DNA of 64,000 bases from Octopus sinensis (lineage: Eukaryota), in NCBI RefSeq assembly GCF_006345805.1, contig NC_043020.1, positions 21,018,001 to 21,082,000 of the forward strand, given 5' to 3'. The notes under the pieces are model-generated. The model made no database searches and was not told the origin of the DNA. It was given only the letters and a program-made list of their open reading frames with translations. Below, piece after piece: positions 1 through 13,044 of this stretch. The position numbers and the translations under genes were made by a program. Positions within the stretch are counted from its first letter, which is position 1, and each line of letters begins with the position of its first letter.

Positions 1-250
1 TTTTGAATTTTTCCTCGGAGTATACCAATATTTTTCTGTTGCTGCAAATAGTTGTGTGAGTTCGTTTCCGTTTGTCTACTTTGTCGTGTTACACGTAATA
101 TCATTGTTGAACTGTTTTTGACCCAGTAATTTTCGCCCTTCGGGGTAGAAAATTTCTGTGTGTTTTTTTGTGTGAACTCTTAACCTGTATAGGTTATTTT
201 TGGAAAAAAAAAATTCTCTTGTCATTTGTGACAAGTTTGTGTTGTCTAAT

Positions 251-1702
251 ATGGAATTAGACTTAAGTTCAAAAAAAGACTTTCCCGAGATGGGAGAAGG
301 TATAACAACTGTTAAACAAAAGGAAACACAGGCAAAACCCAGTTTTTCAGACGCCGTAGGTGGCGAAGTGGAAGAAATGGAGGTGTCAATGGAAAGACTA
401 TTCAAGTTCAGACCGCTGGTGCAAAAATGTGGTGAAGAAACACGATTGGTACCGCCCCCTGAAACTATACAGGCAATAAAGGAAAAATGGTCACCTACAA
501 GGTGTACAATATAAAAGAAAAACGAATGACCGACGTAAAAAACGAAATGGTCGAAAAGTGTATGGCTCCAATATGGAGTAAAGTTAGTCATGTCAACCGA
601 GGTGCAAGAAGCGCTACAGTGGAGGCGCATTTTGAGACGGCGGAAGAAGCAAGGCAAATTTCGACGCAAACGTTGAAAAACGAGAATATAATACTGCTAC
701 CCTTATATTTAGGATGCAGAACAGCAAAAGTGACCCTAGAAGATATACCAACGGGCTACGACGTGATGTGGGCGGCAACAGCGGTCATTTTTGATGTTGA
801 ATCAAAATTGACAATTTTGAGTATGAAGAGGAAAATTGCAAAACACTGGAGAGGCCAGCAGCTGGAGATGATTATCCAGGCAGAAAATGCGACGTTGGAA
901 AGCCTACCAGACAGAGTCTTCGTGGGGGAGGGGCACTCCATACGAGTTTCGGTGGAAGGACGCAGGCCCAGATGTTTTAAGTGCGGGCAAAAGGGCCACG
1001 TTCGCTCCGTTTGCACAAAAAAAAATAATACGGGCAACGCCCCCCACAAAACGATGTGAAGAACGCAGAAAGCAGCAAAGTGGAGAACAAAGTAACGGCT
1101 GGCGAAAGCAAGGAGGAAAAAATAAACAGGTCGAACTCCAAAAAGGAGGAAGACAAGAACGAAATGCAAAATGAGAAAGGAAAGGAGGAGGAAATTAATA
1201 CAACAAAAACAAATATACAAGAAATCGAATTCACGAACGTGTCGTACAAAAGGAAAAAATCCATCACCCCTGACTCCCCACCCGTATCAAAAAAAAAAAA
1301 ACAACGCAGACGAACAAAAAAAATATTCTTCAATCCCACCCCGGCTGTACTACACTTATAGGCCAGCACTTTAACAAACCCCACCCCCCAACTGTAAAAG
1401 GGTTTAAACCCAATGAAAAAATTATTGCATACACCACAAAGAACGTGAGAGTAGCAACATGGGTGCAAGCAAGTACGCTGATCAGGTGCTACAAAGCGAC
1501 CGAGAAGGAAGCGGAGTGGCGATATGCCAGGGTCGGCGAAGAAGGATGGAAAGACAAAACCTTACAAAGCCACGTAAAAGCCGGCTTCATTCAGGATGTC
1601 ACCCAGGAGGTGACAACTGGGAAATTATACGTCAGCCCGGCAGCCACACCAACCCAGAGCCCGGTGGCAACGCCGGTGAAACACCCAGCAGCAACGGCGT
1701 AG
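251..1702 (+). pseudogene. Tx1 ORF1 (RRM-like region plus CX2CX4HX4C zinc knuckle), frameshifted
   Basis: ATG at 251 (MELDL...). Consecutive ORF pieces 200-514, 487-1059, 1056-1361 and 1445-1702. Knuckle RCFKCGQKGHVRSVC and a Lys/Glu-rich linker. Confidence 0.8.
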
Positions 1703-1767
1703 ACAGGCAGAAAGAATCTGTCAGGCTCCCTCTCGCAACCATGAGTAAATAATTTTCTTTTTTCTCG

Positions 1768-4700
1768 ATGATTAAGTTAGGTTGTATAAATGTGCGTGGA
1801 ATGGGATCGAAATGGAAACAGGCTTGTTTTCGGGACGACCTCATTTCACATAGAATCGATGTAGCTATTGTTACCGAGTCCAAGATGAAAGGACCCCAAG
1901 CGTTCTCACCACTTCTCAATGGTTACGAGAAATGTATTTCTCCTAGCCGGGAGGGAGGTGCAGGCGTGGCAGTTCTTTTCAGGAAGAACTTGGACTTACA
2001 GGTAAGTACTGTCTTTCTGGACCCAGAAGGTAGGCTGGTTGTCCTAGATGTGACGCACGTGAGTAAGCAGTCCTTCAGGCTGTCTACGCTCCTAATGGAC
2101 GTGGGAAGACCGATTTTTTTCGGGAACTGGAGCACTTTCTAGTGACGTCCAAAACGGTAGTCTTGGTAGGGGATTTCAACACCATTCTCGATGCGCGGGT
2201 GGATGGTGTAGGCTCGAGCGATAGGAAGGGGAATCCTGGCCTCAAGGCTCTACTAGATAGCTTTAATCTAGTAGACCGTTTTCGACTGGATGAGACGAAC
2301 GTTCCACAGTGGACGTGGAGTAATAACGACGGCTCACGCAGATCGTACATAGATAGAGTATTTGTTAAGGAACGAGATAGTAATAGTGTTAGCTGTCCAC
2401 AATTCTCTGTTGTGCCTTACACGGATCACAAACTTGTAACGTGTGAGGTACATGTAGATAAATGCCATAGACAAGGTCCCAGGTACTGGAAGATGAACAA
2501 GTCTATTCTGACCTGTGAAGCTTTCCGTACCCGGATTAAGGAATTAGTACAGAGGGCATTATGTGGCACCATCATTAATAATAGATGGTGGCTCGCCCTC
2601 AAAAGAGCCATCCGTTTGGAGTCCATTAGATTTAGCAAGCAGCTAAGTTTAGATAGGACTAGAATAGAGGGCGAATTAGTTAAGAACTTAGACGTGGCTA
2701 TGGAATATGGCTGTGCATCTGGAGTGTTGGCAGCGAGAGCGGTATTGTACCATCACCTCAACGCCAAGCACGAGGGGTGTAGAGTCAGAGCTAAGTTACG
2801 TGCAGGAAAACGAGAAGGTATTAACGTTGCCGGATGGGCCCGTCGTGAGGAGAGTCAGAAGGGCAAAAAGTCCTGTATTATGTCATTAACTGACGTACAG
2901 GACCGCAAGATCTATGGACAGGAGGAGATGCAGAAGGTCTTTCACCAGCATTTCGTACGGCTGTTTGGGGACGGTGGTCCGCTCGAGCGTGGGGAGACCT
3001 TAAAGGACTTCCTAGCTGGTGGACCTCGGCTCTCGGCAGGTGAGGCGGAGTGCTGTGAAGGATCGATCTCTCCCGCAGAGGTAAGAGGGGTTATGGCCGA
3101 GTGCGCCGGGGAAAAGTCGCCGGGATTGGATGAATTTTATTGTTGTATGCCGGACTTGTTCGTGGACATACTGGCAAGCGTCTATGCAAACTGGCAACAG
3201 AATGAGAGGATTCCCAGCTCTGTGAGTCGGGGAGTTGTGACGCTGGTCCAGAAAGACCCGAGCAAGGGGGACAGTATTAGTAATTACAGGCCCATAACTC
3301 TACTTAATGTAGAGTTTAAGATTTTGGCCAAGGTGTTAGCAAAAAGGTTGACGGCTGTCGTGGAGAAACTTGTCGGGAAGGCACAGATATGTGCAATCCC
3401 AGGCAGGTCGATCCAGGATAATCTTCACCTTCTCCGCTACACTATAGATAGGGTCGGGAAATTAGACGGCAAAGGAGGGGCATTGGTCCATTTAGACCAA
3501 AGTAAAGCGTTTGATAGGGTAGACCGTTTGATAGGCGGCGGTTCTCGAAGCGGCTGGGCTGGGCCCTGGCTCCTGCGGGTGGATCTCAGCTATGTACAGT
3601 GGCATCAAGTCCACAGTCCAGATAAACGGTTACCTAACGGAGCCGTTTTCGATCAAGCGTTCAGTCCGTCAAGGGTGCCCCTTGTCCCCGCTCCTGTATG
3701 TTTTGGCTCTTGAGCCATTGCTGCGGAAGCTGGAGAAGTTGGGAGGCAACCCTAATGAAATCGGATGCGGTAAGTCTGTTTCTGCCTATGCGGATGACGT
3801 CACCCTCATCGTGTCCAACGGAACACAGCTACCTCGGGTAGCAGGTGCTCTCCATAGATACGAAGCGGTGGCAGGGGCAAAAGTTAACAGGGACAAGTCC
3901 ATCGGTTTGCGCCTCGGCACCTGGAGGAACAAGCCGATACCGTCCAGTGTTGTTGGACACTGGACGGATGGTCCTGTTAAATTGCTCGGAGTCTGGTTTG
4001 GTCCAGACTCCCAAACGGAGAAGAATTGGAGCGAGGTAACGAGCAAGGTGGGTGCCATAGTACGGAAGTGGTCCGGAAGGCATCTTTCCTTGAAAGGGAG
4101 GGCGGAGGTGGCACAGATGTTTATAGCCTCTGTCGTCACCTACCGCCTGACCGTCGTGCCTTGCCCCGATTCGTGGTTAAACAAGTTGGAACGACTCCTT
4201 TTCCGCTTTTTGTGGAAAGGAGGAAAGCCACTTGTGAGACGCTCCGTGTGTTGCCAGGAACCGCTAAAGGGTGGACTGGGGATGCCTTGGCTAATGATGC
4301 GCAAGCATGCGTTGAGGCTGAGACACCTCTGGTGTTACCTGGAGGATGATAAGGTGTGGAGTTCGCTGGCAGAGGAATTCTTCCCGCGACCGGCCTCTAT
4401 GGAGGGATTTACACCCGGTCTCATTAAAGGACGTAAACTGACTTCATGGCAGAAGGAGTGCCGACAGGCACTATGGCTGATCCACAAGATGGATAAGGCC
4501 GGCAGCGGGAATACCACCTCGGTGTTCTATAAAGGGCTGGTAGAGGGAAAAAATGACGACGTCCTAGGAAGGGCTCTAGGGTTCGATGAGGATCAACTCT
4601 CCAACCTGTTTAAGAAGACTTTCAGGTCGGGGTATTTGGATACTTACCAAAAATCCCTGACCTGGCAGTGCTATAGGAATGCATTACCTGTTCGCGAGAA

Positions 4701-5136
4701 GTTATCCAGGCACGGAATGTCAGTGCCACCGACGTGTCCAAGATGTGGGTTGGACGATGAAACCGTTCAACACGCTTTTGTACATTGTCGGTAGCTGTCA
4801 GGCTTGATAAGTTACGTGGAACACGTGTTGTCGCATCTGGGACGAGTACAGCTGTCGGCTGGATCTATGATTAAGATGATACCGCCAACTGGACTCTCAA
4901 AGGAAGGTAAGGCTTGTTTTTACTGTACGGTGGCAGTATGGAAAGAGTGTGTATGGAGAACTACAGTGGAAGGTCTAGTGAAAGGGTCCTTTATCTCTGG
5001 CCCCGGTTTGTTAAAATACTTCGGATATCATCTGAAGAGCAAGATGGGGTTGGAGAAGAGGAGCCTGCCACAGAAAGAGTATATGGAACGTTGGAAGGAT
5101 GTGATGAGAAAGGTGGGTGAGAGTAACCCAGCTTAA
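1768..5136 (+). pseudogene. Tx1 ORF2 (APE endonuclease, reverse transcriptase, zinc finger), disrupted
   Basis: APE motifs CINVRG, VTESK, GDFN, SYIDR, TDHK. RT motifs YRPITLLN, KAFDRV, RQGCPLSP, YADD. C-terminal CPRC...ETVQHAFVHC. Frameshifts near 2085 and 3530, and an in-frame TAG at 4792. Confidence 0.93.
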
Positions 5137-5502
5137 TCATCGAGGAAAGGAAAAATCAGCTGCTGGGATTTATAGGCTGCCGGGTTCAAAATTGAAACTG
5201 GTACCTCCCATTACCTTTCACTGTACATAACTGTTTAAAATAAAGAATTAATAATAAAAAAAAGAAAAGAAAACATACGCACTAAAAGTTCTCGTGATAA
5301 AGGCAAAAGTAAGCCAAGGTTTCGTTTCAAGGCGAAGTAAGCCAAGTTTTCGTTCAAGTTACATAAAATTTTACTTTTGTAATTTTTATAATTTCATTCG
5401 AACTCGCATAGCATTTTTGTAATTGTTTTGTCCTGTAATGTACCCATTCTATGTTAGATCTATTGATCATAATAAAGATAATCATCGAAAACCGGTGTTT
5501 AC

Positions 5503-5547
5503 CATACGTTGACGAGAGGTAAAAACCTTGTAACTATAGTCCGTATG
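5503..5547 (+). ncRNA. Type I hammerhead ribozyme-like motif (variant core)
   Basis: CATACG-TTGACGA-GAGGT(AAAA)ACCTT-GTAA-CTATAG-TC-CGTATG. Stem I is 6 bp, stem II is 5 bp, stem III is the palindrome ACTATAGT, and the triplet is GUC. Deviations: C3U and A13U. Confidence 0.7.
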
Positions 5548-5712
5548 TATCACTTAGGTTTTCGAGGGAGGATGACCTCCCTTTGCAAATAACACAAGGG
5601 CACTGAAATTGTGTCTAAGGCCAGCTGGAGACGTCGATCTCCTGGGGCTAAAAGCGTCAGTAACACCCACCCCCAGTGACTAGCCACATTCAGATGGCTA
5701 GTACACTTTACG

Positions 5713-5713
<1 letters not shown>

Positions 5714-5766
<53 letters not shown>

Positions 5767-5798
5767 ATATATATATATATTATATATATATATATATA
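5714..5798. repeat. (TA)n microsatellite
   Basis: Direct read. Confidence 0.95.
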
Positions 5799-5949
5799 AA
5801 TTATTTCAACCTGGGTGTGTTTGTAGACAGTTGAAAAATTACTTTTAACAAAAAAAAAACCACAAAAAAAAAAAATTAAATGATAGCATTGTAGTTCTTA
5901 GTCTCCTGGCAACCAATATTTTTAGACCCAGTCCGCCACTATATATACA

Positions 5950-6269
<320 letters not shown>

Positions 6270-6930
6270 CAAATATTCAGCAATCAAAGTTAAAGTAAAT
6301 ATTGTTCGAGCCAAATATTTAATATCTATCTGAAAATAAGCTATGTATTTCGGGAAAAAATAAGTGAACCAGTATTAAAATGGTTTGTTAAAATTTTGCA
6401 CAAATAAATCTACATTCCTTGTAGGAAAAAAATAAAATAGAATAAAATAAAATAAAAAAAGTTCCTGTATTAATAGACTCTCTCATATGTTCTAACTTTA
6501 AATTTCAACTTTTCTTTTCATTCGTCTTGGATCGACAGTTAATAATAGTGTTATATCAGGGAAAACTACAAATCAGCGCACTAATGTATACCGGTTTTTT
6601 TGTTTTTTTTGTAAGTGGTCTATAAATATATAATAAATATGATCTATACATATATAATAAAGATGATATTTACTTCATGCTTTCAAAACCGAAAGGTACA
6701 AAAAAAAAAGTGTCGCCGACCTCCATTCTCATGCAGGTCGACCATCGCAGTGACGTCAAAATGTCAACAATGGCATTAAATGAAAACTGCACTGCCATCG
6801 TTACCAAACATGTCAAACATTTTTGTTTTTACTTTCTCATTTATCACTTATATTTTGAATAGTTAGGTGAAATACAAGTACCACCATGCATTCCTCACTA
6901 TCCAACGACAAACTGCTACCTGATCGTTCG

Positions 6931-7147
6931 AAACTGGGAGTACCAGTTTCGCATCTTAGGGTTTGATAAGCGTAAGACGCGAAACCGATACTCCCAGTTT
7001 ATTATATAACGCTGTAATACAACACTTTGTTCCATTATGATCTTAATATTAATATAAATTTTCTTATACAAACCTCCTGTGCGTATCATATATTTTTCTT
7101 TCTTAAATATCTATAACTACGTGTAAACAAGAATCTGACACCTTTAT
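6931..7147 (+). mobile_element. PLE pseudo-LTR-like fragment with 5' fold-back and HHR-like motif
   Basis: 28-bp inverted arms at 6931-6958 and 6973-7000 (3 transitions). TTGATAA-GCGT(AAG)ACGC-GAAA-CCGA-TA-CTC at ~6963-6993. The AT-rich tail ends at (TA)n. Confidence 0.55.
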
Positions 7148-7154
7148 GTATATA

Positions 7155-7204
<50 letters not shown>

Positions 7205-7309
7205 ATATATATATATATTATATATATATATATATATATAGATATATGTATATATATATATGTATATATATATATGTATATAATATATATGTATATATAT
7301 ATATATGTA

Positions 7310-7342
<33 letters not shown>

Positions 7343-7391
7343 GTATATATATATATGTATATGATATATATATATGTATATATATATATGG

Positions 7392-7422
<31 letters not shown>

Positions 7423-7431
7423 GTATATATG

Positions 7432-7462
<31 letters not shown>

Positions 7463-7464
7463 GA

Positions 7465-7502
<38 letters not shown>

Positions 7503-7615
7503 TATATATATATGTATATATAGATATATATATATATATGTATATATATATATGTATATATATATATGTATATAGATATATATGTATATATATATGTATA
7601 TATATATATATGTAT

Positions 7616-7673
<58 letters not shown>

Positions 7674-7706
7674 TATATGTATATTATATATATAATATAT
7701 ATATAT
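7148..7706. repeat. Long imperfect (TA)n / TATATG microsatellite
   Basis: Direct read. Confidence 0.95.
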
Positions 7707-7804
7707 TGATAAAACGGTAAGATAACAAAAGAAAGAAAGAGACCTCAATATTATGTAAATAGAGGAAATTTATCTATACAATATGTTACATTACTCGGTA
7801 GTCA

Positions 7805-7867
7805 AGATAAAACTCTGAGTTTCAGATGCCGAAGTGGAAATCCACAACACCATCTCTTCGGTTATCT
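7805..7867 (-). ncRNA. HHR-like motif in inverted pseudo-LTR
   Basis: Reverse complement of 9634-9696. Confidence 0.5.
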
Positions 7868-8499
7868 GGCTATTTGAAAACGTTATGAAAAAATACCGTT
7901 AAAAATGAAGGGAAATTACTCTGTTATAACTCTGCTTTGCCTGTGTACTTATACATCGCTCGCATTTTTCGTCATAAAAATTATATAAAAATACATAAAA
8001 ATATATAAAAATATATAAAAATATATAAAATCTTCTTGGGACATTACACAGAAAGCATGTTCTATCCGTTTTCTTTAGGGGACCAAAAACGTAACAGAAA
8101 TTTAGTCACATGTGGGCATGATCCGAAAAGCTCTGTCCTTGTATTTAGACATGTGGTAGGGTCTAAGCTGCTTTTCCAGATAAGCCATCTCTCCATGTCG
8201 CATAAACCGCACCTTCCGCTGCCGTTGGTATAGGGCTTACATCTGGCCAAAATCTTCCATTGTATGTTATAATCGACACCTTTATCTCTTAAAGACCAAA
8301 TATGATTGGATAATTGTGTCGCTTTTCTTTTGTTCCAGTGCCTAAAGCTCAAAGTGTGGTTATTGAACCTGGCCTTGAAATTACCCTCTGTCAGGCCCAC
8401 GTATTTCTTCGTCGAAACGGTGTCTTTAGTGGTTATAGAGTTTACGGTAGCTTCATATATGATGGTCTTGGACATGCAAGCTCCATTTAGCGGGCACAT

Positions 8500-9420
8500 T
8501 AGATCTTAATAATAATATTTATAAGCCTTATAGGAAGCCCAATGATAGACTAAGTTATATTAATGTAGGTTCATGCCATCCCCCTATAGTATTCAAAAAT
8601 TTAGTTAAAAATATTAGTAAGAGGATTTCTAGCCTCTCATCTAATGAGGACATCTTCAATAGCGTTGCCCCAGTTTATAATAAAGCTTTAAAAGATAGTG
8701 GTTTTAGCGAAAAAATAAAATATACACGTATCACCAGCCCAACAATAAGGAAAAGGAATAATAGAAATAGGAAGGTCATCTGGTTTACGCCCCCTTACTC
8801 ACCCGAGGTGGCCTTCAATATAGGTAAATATTTCCTAGCACTGATAGATAGACATTTTCCAGTTAACCATGCTTATAGGAAACTCTTCAATAGACACAAT
8901 TTAAAAATTAGTTTTAGTTCAACTACCAATTTTAAAAACATAATCAATCATAACATACAAAAAACACAAGAAGAAACCATCTGTTCATGCAGGAATAAAG
9001 AATTGTGCCCGCTAAATGGAGCTTGCATGTCCAAGACCATCATATATGAAGCTACCGTAAACTCTATAACCACTAAAGACACCGTTTCGACGAAGAAATA
9101 CGTGGGCCTGACAGAGGGTAATTTCAAGGCCAGGTTCAATAACCACACTTTGAGCTTTAGGCACTGGAACAAAAGAAAAGCGACACAATTATCCAATCAT
9201 ATTTGGTCTTTAAGAGATAAAGGTGTCGATTATAACATACAATGGAAGATTTTGGCCAGATGTAAGCCCTATACCAACGGCAGCGGAAGGTGCGGTTTAT
9301 GCGACATGGAGAGATGGCTTATCTGGAAAAGCAGCTTAGACCCTACCACATGTCTAAATACAAGGACAGAGCTTTTCGGATCATGCCCACATGTGACTAA
9401 ATTTCTGTTACGTTTTGGTC
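8500..9420 (+). pseudogene. PLE ORF C-terminal part with GIY-YIG endonuclease
   Basis: IWFTPPYS, CSCRNKELCPLNGAC, IIYEATV...KYVGLTEGNFKARFNNHTLSF, CGLCDME, LNTRTEL. Confidence 0.9.
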
Positions 9421-9633
9421 CCCTAAAGAAAACGGATAGAACATGCTTTCTGTGTAATGTCCCAAGAAGATTTTATATATTTTTATATATTTTTATATAT
9501 TTTTATGTATTTTTATATAATTTTTATGACGAAAAATGCGAGCGATGTATAAGTACACAGGCAAAGCAGAGTTATAACAGAGTAATTTCCCTTCATTTTT
9601 AACGGTATTTTTTCATAACGTTTTCAAATAGCC

Positions 9634-9696
9634 AGATAACCGAAGAGATGGTGTTGTGGATTTCCACTTCGGCATCTGAAACTCAGAGTTTTATCT
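9634..9696 (+). ncRNA. HHR-like motif in PLE 3' region
   Basis: AGATAA-CCGAAGA-GATG...CATC-T-GAAA-CTCAGAG-TT-TTATCT. Stem I is 6 bp. Deviations: U4C and an extra U before G12. Confidence 0.5.
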
Positions 9697-9722
9697 TGAC
9701 TACCGAGTAATGTAACATATTG

Positions 9723-9769
<47 letters not shown>

Positions 9770-9771
9770 CA

Positions 9772-11058
9772 TATATTTCGGTTGTTCGGTGGATTTAAAA
9801 AAACGTTTAAACAATCATATTTCTTCCTTTAGGTTTAAACACAAGGCAGGTTGCTCAACACTGTCTAGTAAAATTTGGAACTGAAAAGGAATAATATAGA
9901 ATTTGACCTGAAATGGGATATAGTAAGGAAAGCACGGCCTTATAAAAATAGTAGAGATGGTTGCGAACTTTGTTCTAGGGAAACATATGAGATTTTAAGA
10001 CATAGGAATAATACAAATCTGTTAAATAACCGTTCTGAACTAGGAGTATCTGGCATACATCGCACAACCCGTACGTTTAAATATTTCAAATAATGATATC
10101 GCGACCATTCCTAATTTTTTTCAAATTTCTAATTCTTTATAACTAATTATGAATGAATATACCATACTAGCCTTTAATTCAACACGCATAGATTACTAAA
10201 AAAACTTCATTGCATATTTAGAATTAAATTCTCTCTTTTTTCTTCTAATATATATTTAATCCCTAATGCATTCACTTTATTAACAAGACTCTTGTCCTCA
10301 GTTATTAAGTAATATGCCTACTCACATTAAATGATAGATTTTTCCCCAAAATGAATAAATATTAGATTTATAATTTCTACTTTAATCCAACGTATCAATA
10401 TAACCAACACCTACCATATAAATATGGAGCTGATGTGTGTGGGTATATAGGAATCTCTGCAATTCTCTTTAACTTTTTCTTGGGTATATAGGTGGTCATT
10501 ATAACCATTTGACATTGACCTAATTTTCTTGATACAAGATCTGCTTGCCAAATAGTAGTAAATAGCTCCTAGGGCATTATAACTCCACTTTTATTTCTTA
10601 ATGAATAATTTCTGACATTTACGTAACCCCATTTCTATAAATAGAAGACCCCTTTTGTCTCCTTCAACTGAATGTGCCTCGCAACCTTTTAGCAGTTCAA
10701 AACAACTCTTCAGTCATAAGATAAGCTCTACTACTTCAACGTTCTTAAAATTCAAATCAACATCTTTGTCTATATATCTACCTTCTCTATAATGTTATAA
10801 ATTAATATAAAAATTATGTATTAATGGGAAACCTCTATAAATGGCTGATGATTGCTCAACATTTTAAAACTGTTGTAATATATACAATATTTAATAAAAT
10901 GGTGTAGCGTGAAACGACCGTACCAAATTACCGAAGATATTCTTGTTGTTTATTTTGATTATAATCAACCCATGTATTTATATGGATAACACCATACAAA
11001 GTTCTGATGCATCTAACTTAAGTACCATATTCATCTGAATCTAAATTTAGCTGAACTT
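9772..11058 (+). mobile_element. 5'-truncated PLE (GIY-YIG end plus 3' region)
   Basis: YFGCSVDLKKRLNNHISSF...KWDIVRKARPY...CELCSRE...LLNNRSEL. It begins right after a (TA)n tract. HHR-like motif near the 3' end. Confidence 0.8.
10842..10925 (+). ncRNA. HHR-like motif with long stem II
   Basis: TGG-CTGATGA-TTGCT...AGCGT-GAAA-CGACCG-TA-CCA. The core is intact, the triplet is GUA, and ACATTTTA/TAAAATG pair inside stem II. Confidence 0.6.
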
Positions 11059-11500
11059 AATATATATATATATAACTGAGAATGTGTGTGTGTCTATCTG
11101 TCTGTCTGTGTGAATCCCTAAAACTTGAGAACTATACAACCAATTTCATTCAAATTTTACACATGCCTTACTTAGGGTCCATGTAGTGTCATGGGCAAAA
11201 ATTTTAACTTCTTGCCTAGGGCGAGCCCACAGCAATATCATATCTTCTCTACTATTTCTGTATTACGTGTCAAAAGTGAAAGAAAAATATCTCTCTATTG
11301 TAATGTCAGATACTTCCACTTTACTACTGAAACTATTAATTAAAGTGAAACTATTATATAACAGGGATGAACTGTAACTGGACATCCATTCTGCTAGAAG
11401 AAGATCCGCTATGGTCTTATAGGCTACACCACTGGTTTTAAATTCATACTAATCAAATTTATATTCAATTTTTCACCCTTATTATTTTCAATTTAAATTT
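11059..11500 (+). mobile_element. Non-autonomous Helitron-like repeat, 5' part
   Basis: TATATATATAACTGAGAATGTGTG-TCTGTCTG...AACCAATTTCATTCAAATTTTACAC resembles the 5' part of the Helitron at 36574-36946. The 3' part is shared with 35870-36050 and 36495-36555. Confidence 0.45.
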
Positions 11501-11503
11501 ACA

Positions 11504-11569
<66 letters not shown>

Positions 11570-11653
11570 AATGTAGGATAACATTTTTTCGAAAAATATT
11601 TTATCAATGGCCAGCATATTAAAAAATACCTTTAAAGGTTAAATTATAAACAA

Positions 11654-11996
11654 CTTATAAATAAGGGCAAACGAAAAAATTTCTAATGCCAAATATGCCG
11701 AAAAATGGACATATTGTCCATTTACCATATAATTTTTTTCCCAGTACGCACGCTATTCGAAAAAAGGTCGATAGAAATCTCTAAAAAATTCCATTATTAC
11801 CATATCGGACCGATTTCAGGGTCAGTTCAAAAAGAACCCTCCCTTCGATATGGTAATAATGGAATTTTTTAGAGATTTCTGTCGACTTTTTTTCGAGTAG
11901 CGTGCGTACTGGGAAAAAAATTATATAGTAAATGGACAATATGTCCATTTTTCGGCATTTGGCATTAGAAATTTTTCGTTTGCCCTTATTTATAAG
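11654..11996. repeat. Long inverted repeat (fold-back or MITE-like)
   Basis: Arms at 11654-11807 and 11846-11996, with few mismatches and a 38-nt spacer. (TA)n tracts lie on both sides. Confidence 0.9.
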
Positions 11997-12007
11997 GTAT
12001 TATAATT

Positions 12008-12535
<528 letters not shown>

Positions 12536-12540
12536 ACATA

Positions 12541-12870
12541 GGTGCAGGTGTGGCTGTGTGGTAACAAACTTGGTTCCAAAACACAAAGTCCTGAGTTCAG
12601 TCCCACTGTGTGGTAACTTGGCATGTGTCATCTGCTATAGCCTCAGACCAACCAAAGCCTTGTCAGTGGATTTTGTAGACAGAAACTGAAAGAAATCAAC
12701 TGTATATATATGTATGTATATATGTAAGTGTATGTGTGTGTCTGTGTTTCGCCCTCATCACTGCTTCACAACTGCTGTTCATTTATTTACACCCCCATAA
12801 ATTATTGGTTTCACAATAACAAACTAATAGAATAAGTACCAGGCTTATCAACATAAAAAAGCACTAGGCT
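12541..12870 (+). mobile_element. tRNA-derived SINE, family 1
   Basis: A box TGGCTGTGTGG and B box GAGTTCAGTCC. The body AGCC...CCAAAGCCTTGT...GTAGAC.GAAACTGAAAG is shared with copies at 15545 and 50115. Confidence 0.85.
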
Positions 12871-12924
12871 CATATCTTTGTTTGCCCACTCAGTTGTATC
12901 TATCAATTTTTCTTTGTATGTGTG

Positions 12925-13044
<120 letters not shown>

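Larger units (their letters stand above)
40..5490 (+). mobile_element. Near full-length L1-superfamily (Tx1-type) non-LTR retrotransposon, inactivated
   Basis: ORF1 with CCHC knuckle is followed by ORF2 with APE, RT and C-terminal Cys/His motifs. The 3' UTR has an A-rich tract (~5258-5278) and AATAAA at 5471. The 5' boundary is approximate and no TSD was found. Confidence 0.9.
7707..9726 (+). mobile_element. 5'-truncated Penelope-like element with inverted pseudo-LTR
   Basis: 7775-8498 is the almost exact reverse complement of 9004-9726. The forward copy encodes the RT C-terminus, linker and GIY-YIG. Both outer ends abut (TA)n. Confidence 0.92.

Noticed and set aside
76-4139. Antisense and alternative-frame ORFs over the Tx1 element (e.g. 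76-669, 756-1220, 977-1468, 3786-4139)
   Set aside because: They are shadows of ORF1/ORF2 with no independent motifs.
5615-5665. HDV-like ribozyme
   Set aside because: I could not assemble the nested P1/P2/P3 pseudoknot.
5480-5713. U2 snRNA or tRNA target of a site-specific Tx1
   Set aside because: I see no similarity to the U2 sequence or a tRNA cloverleaf.
8808-9420. Selenoprotein-type PLE (as reported for some Naiads)
   Set aside because: The Cys positions are ordinary Cys codons with no in-frame TGA, and the related copy at 30760-32790 shows the endonuclease is C-terminal to RT.
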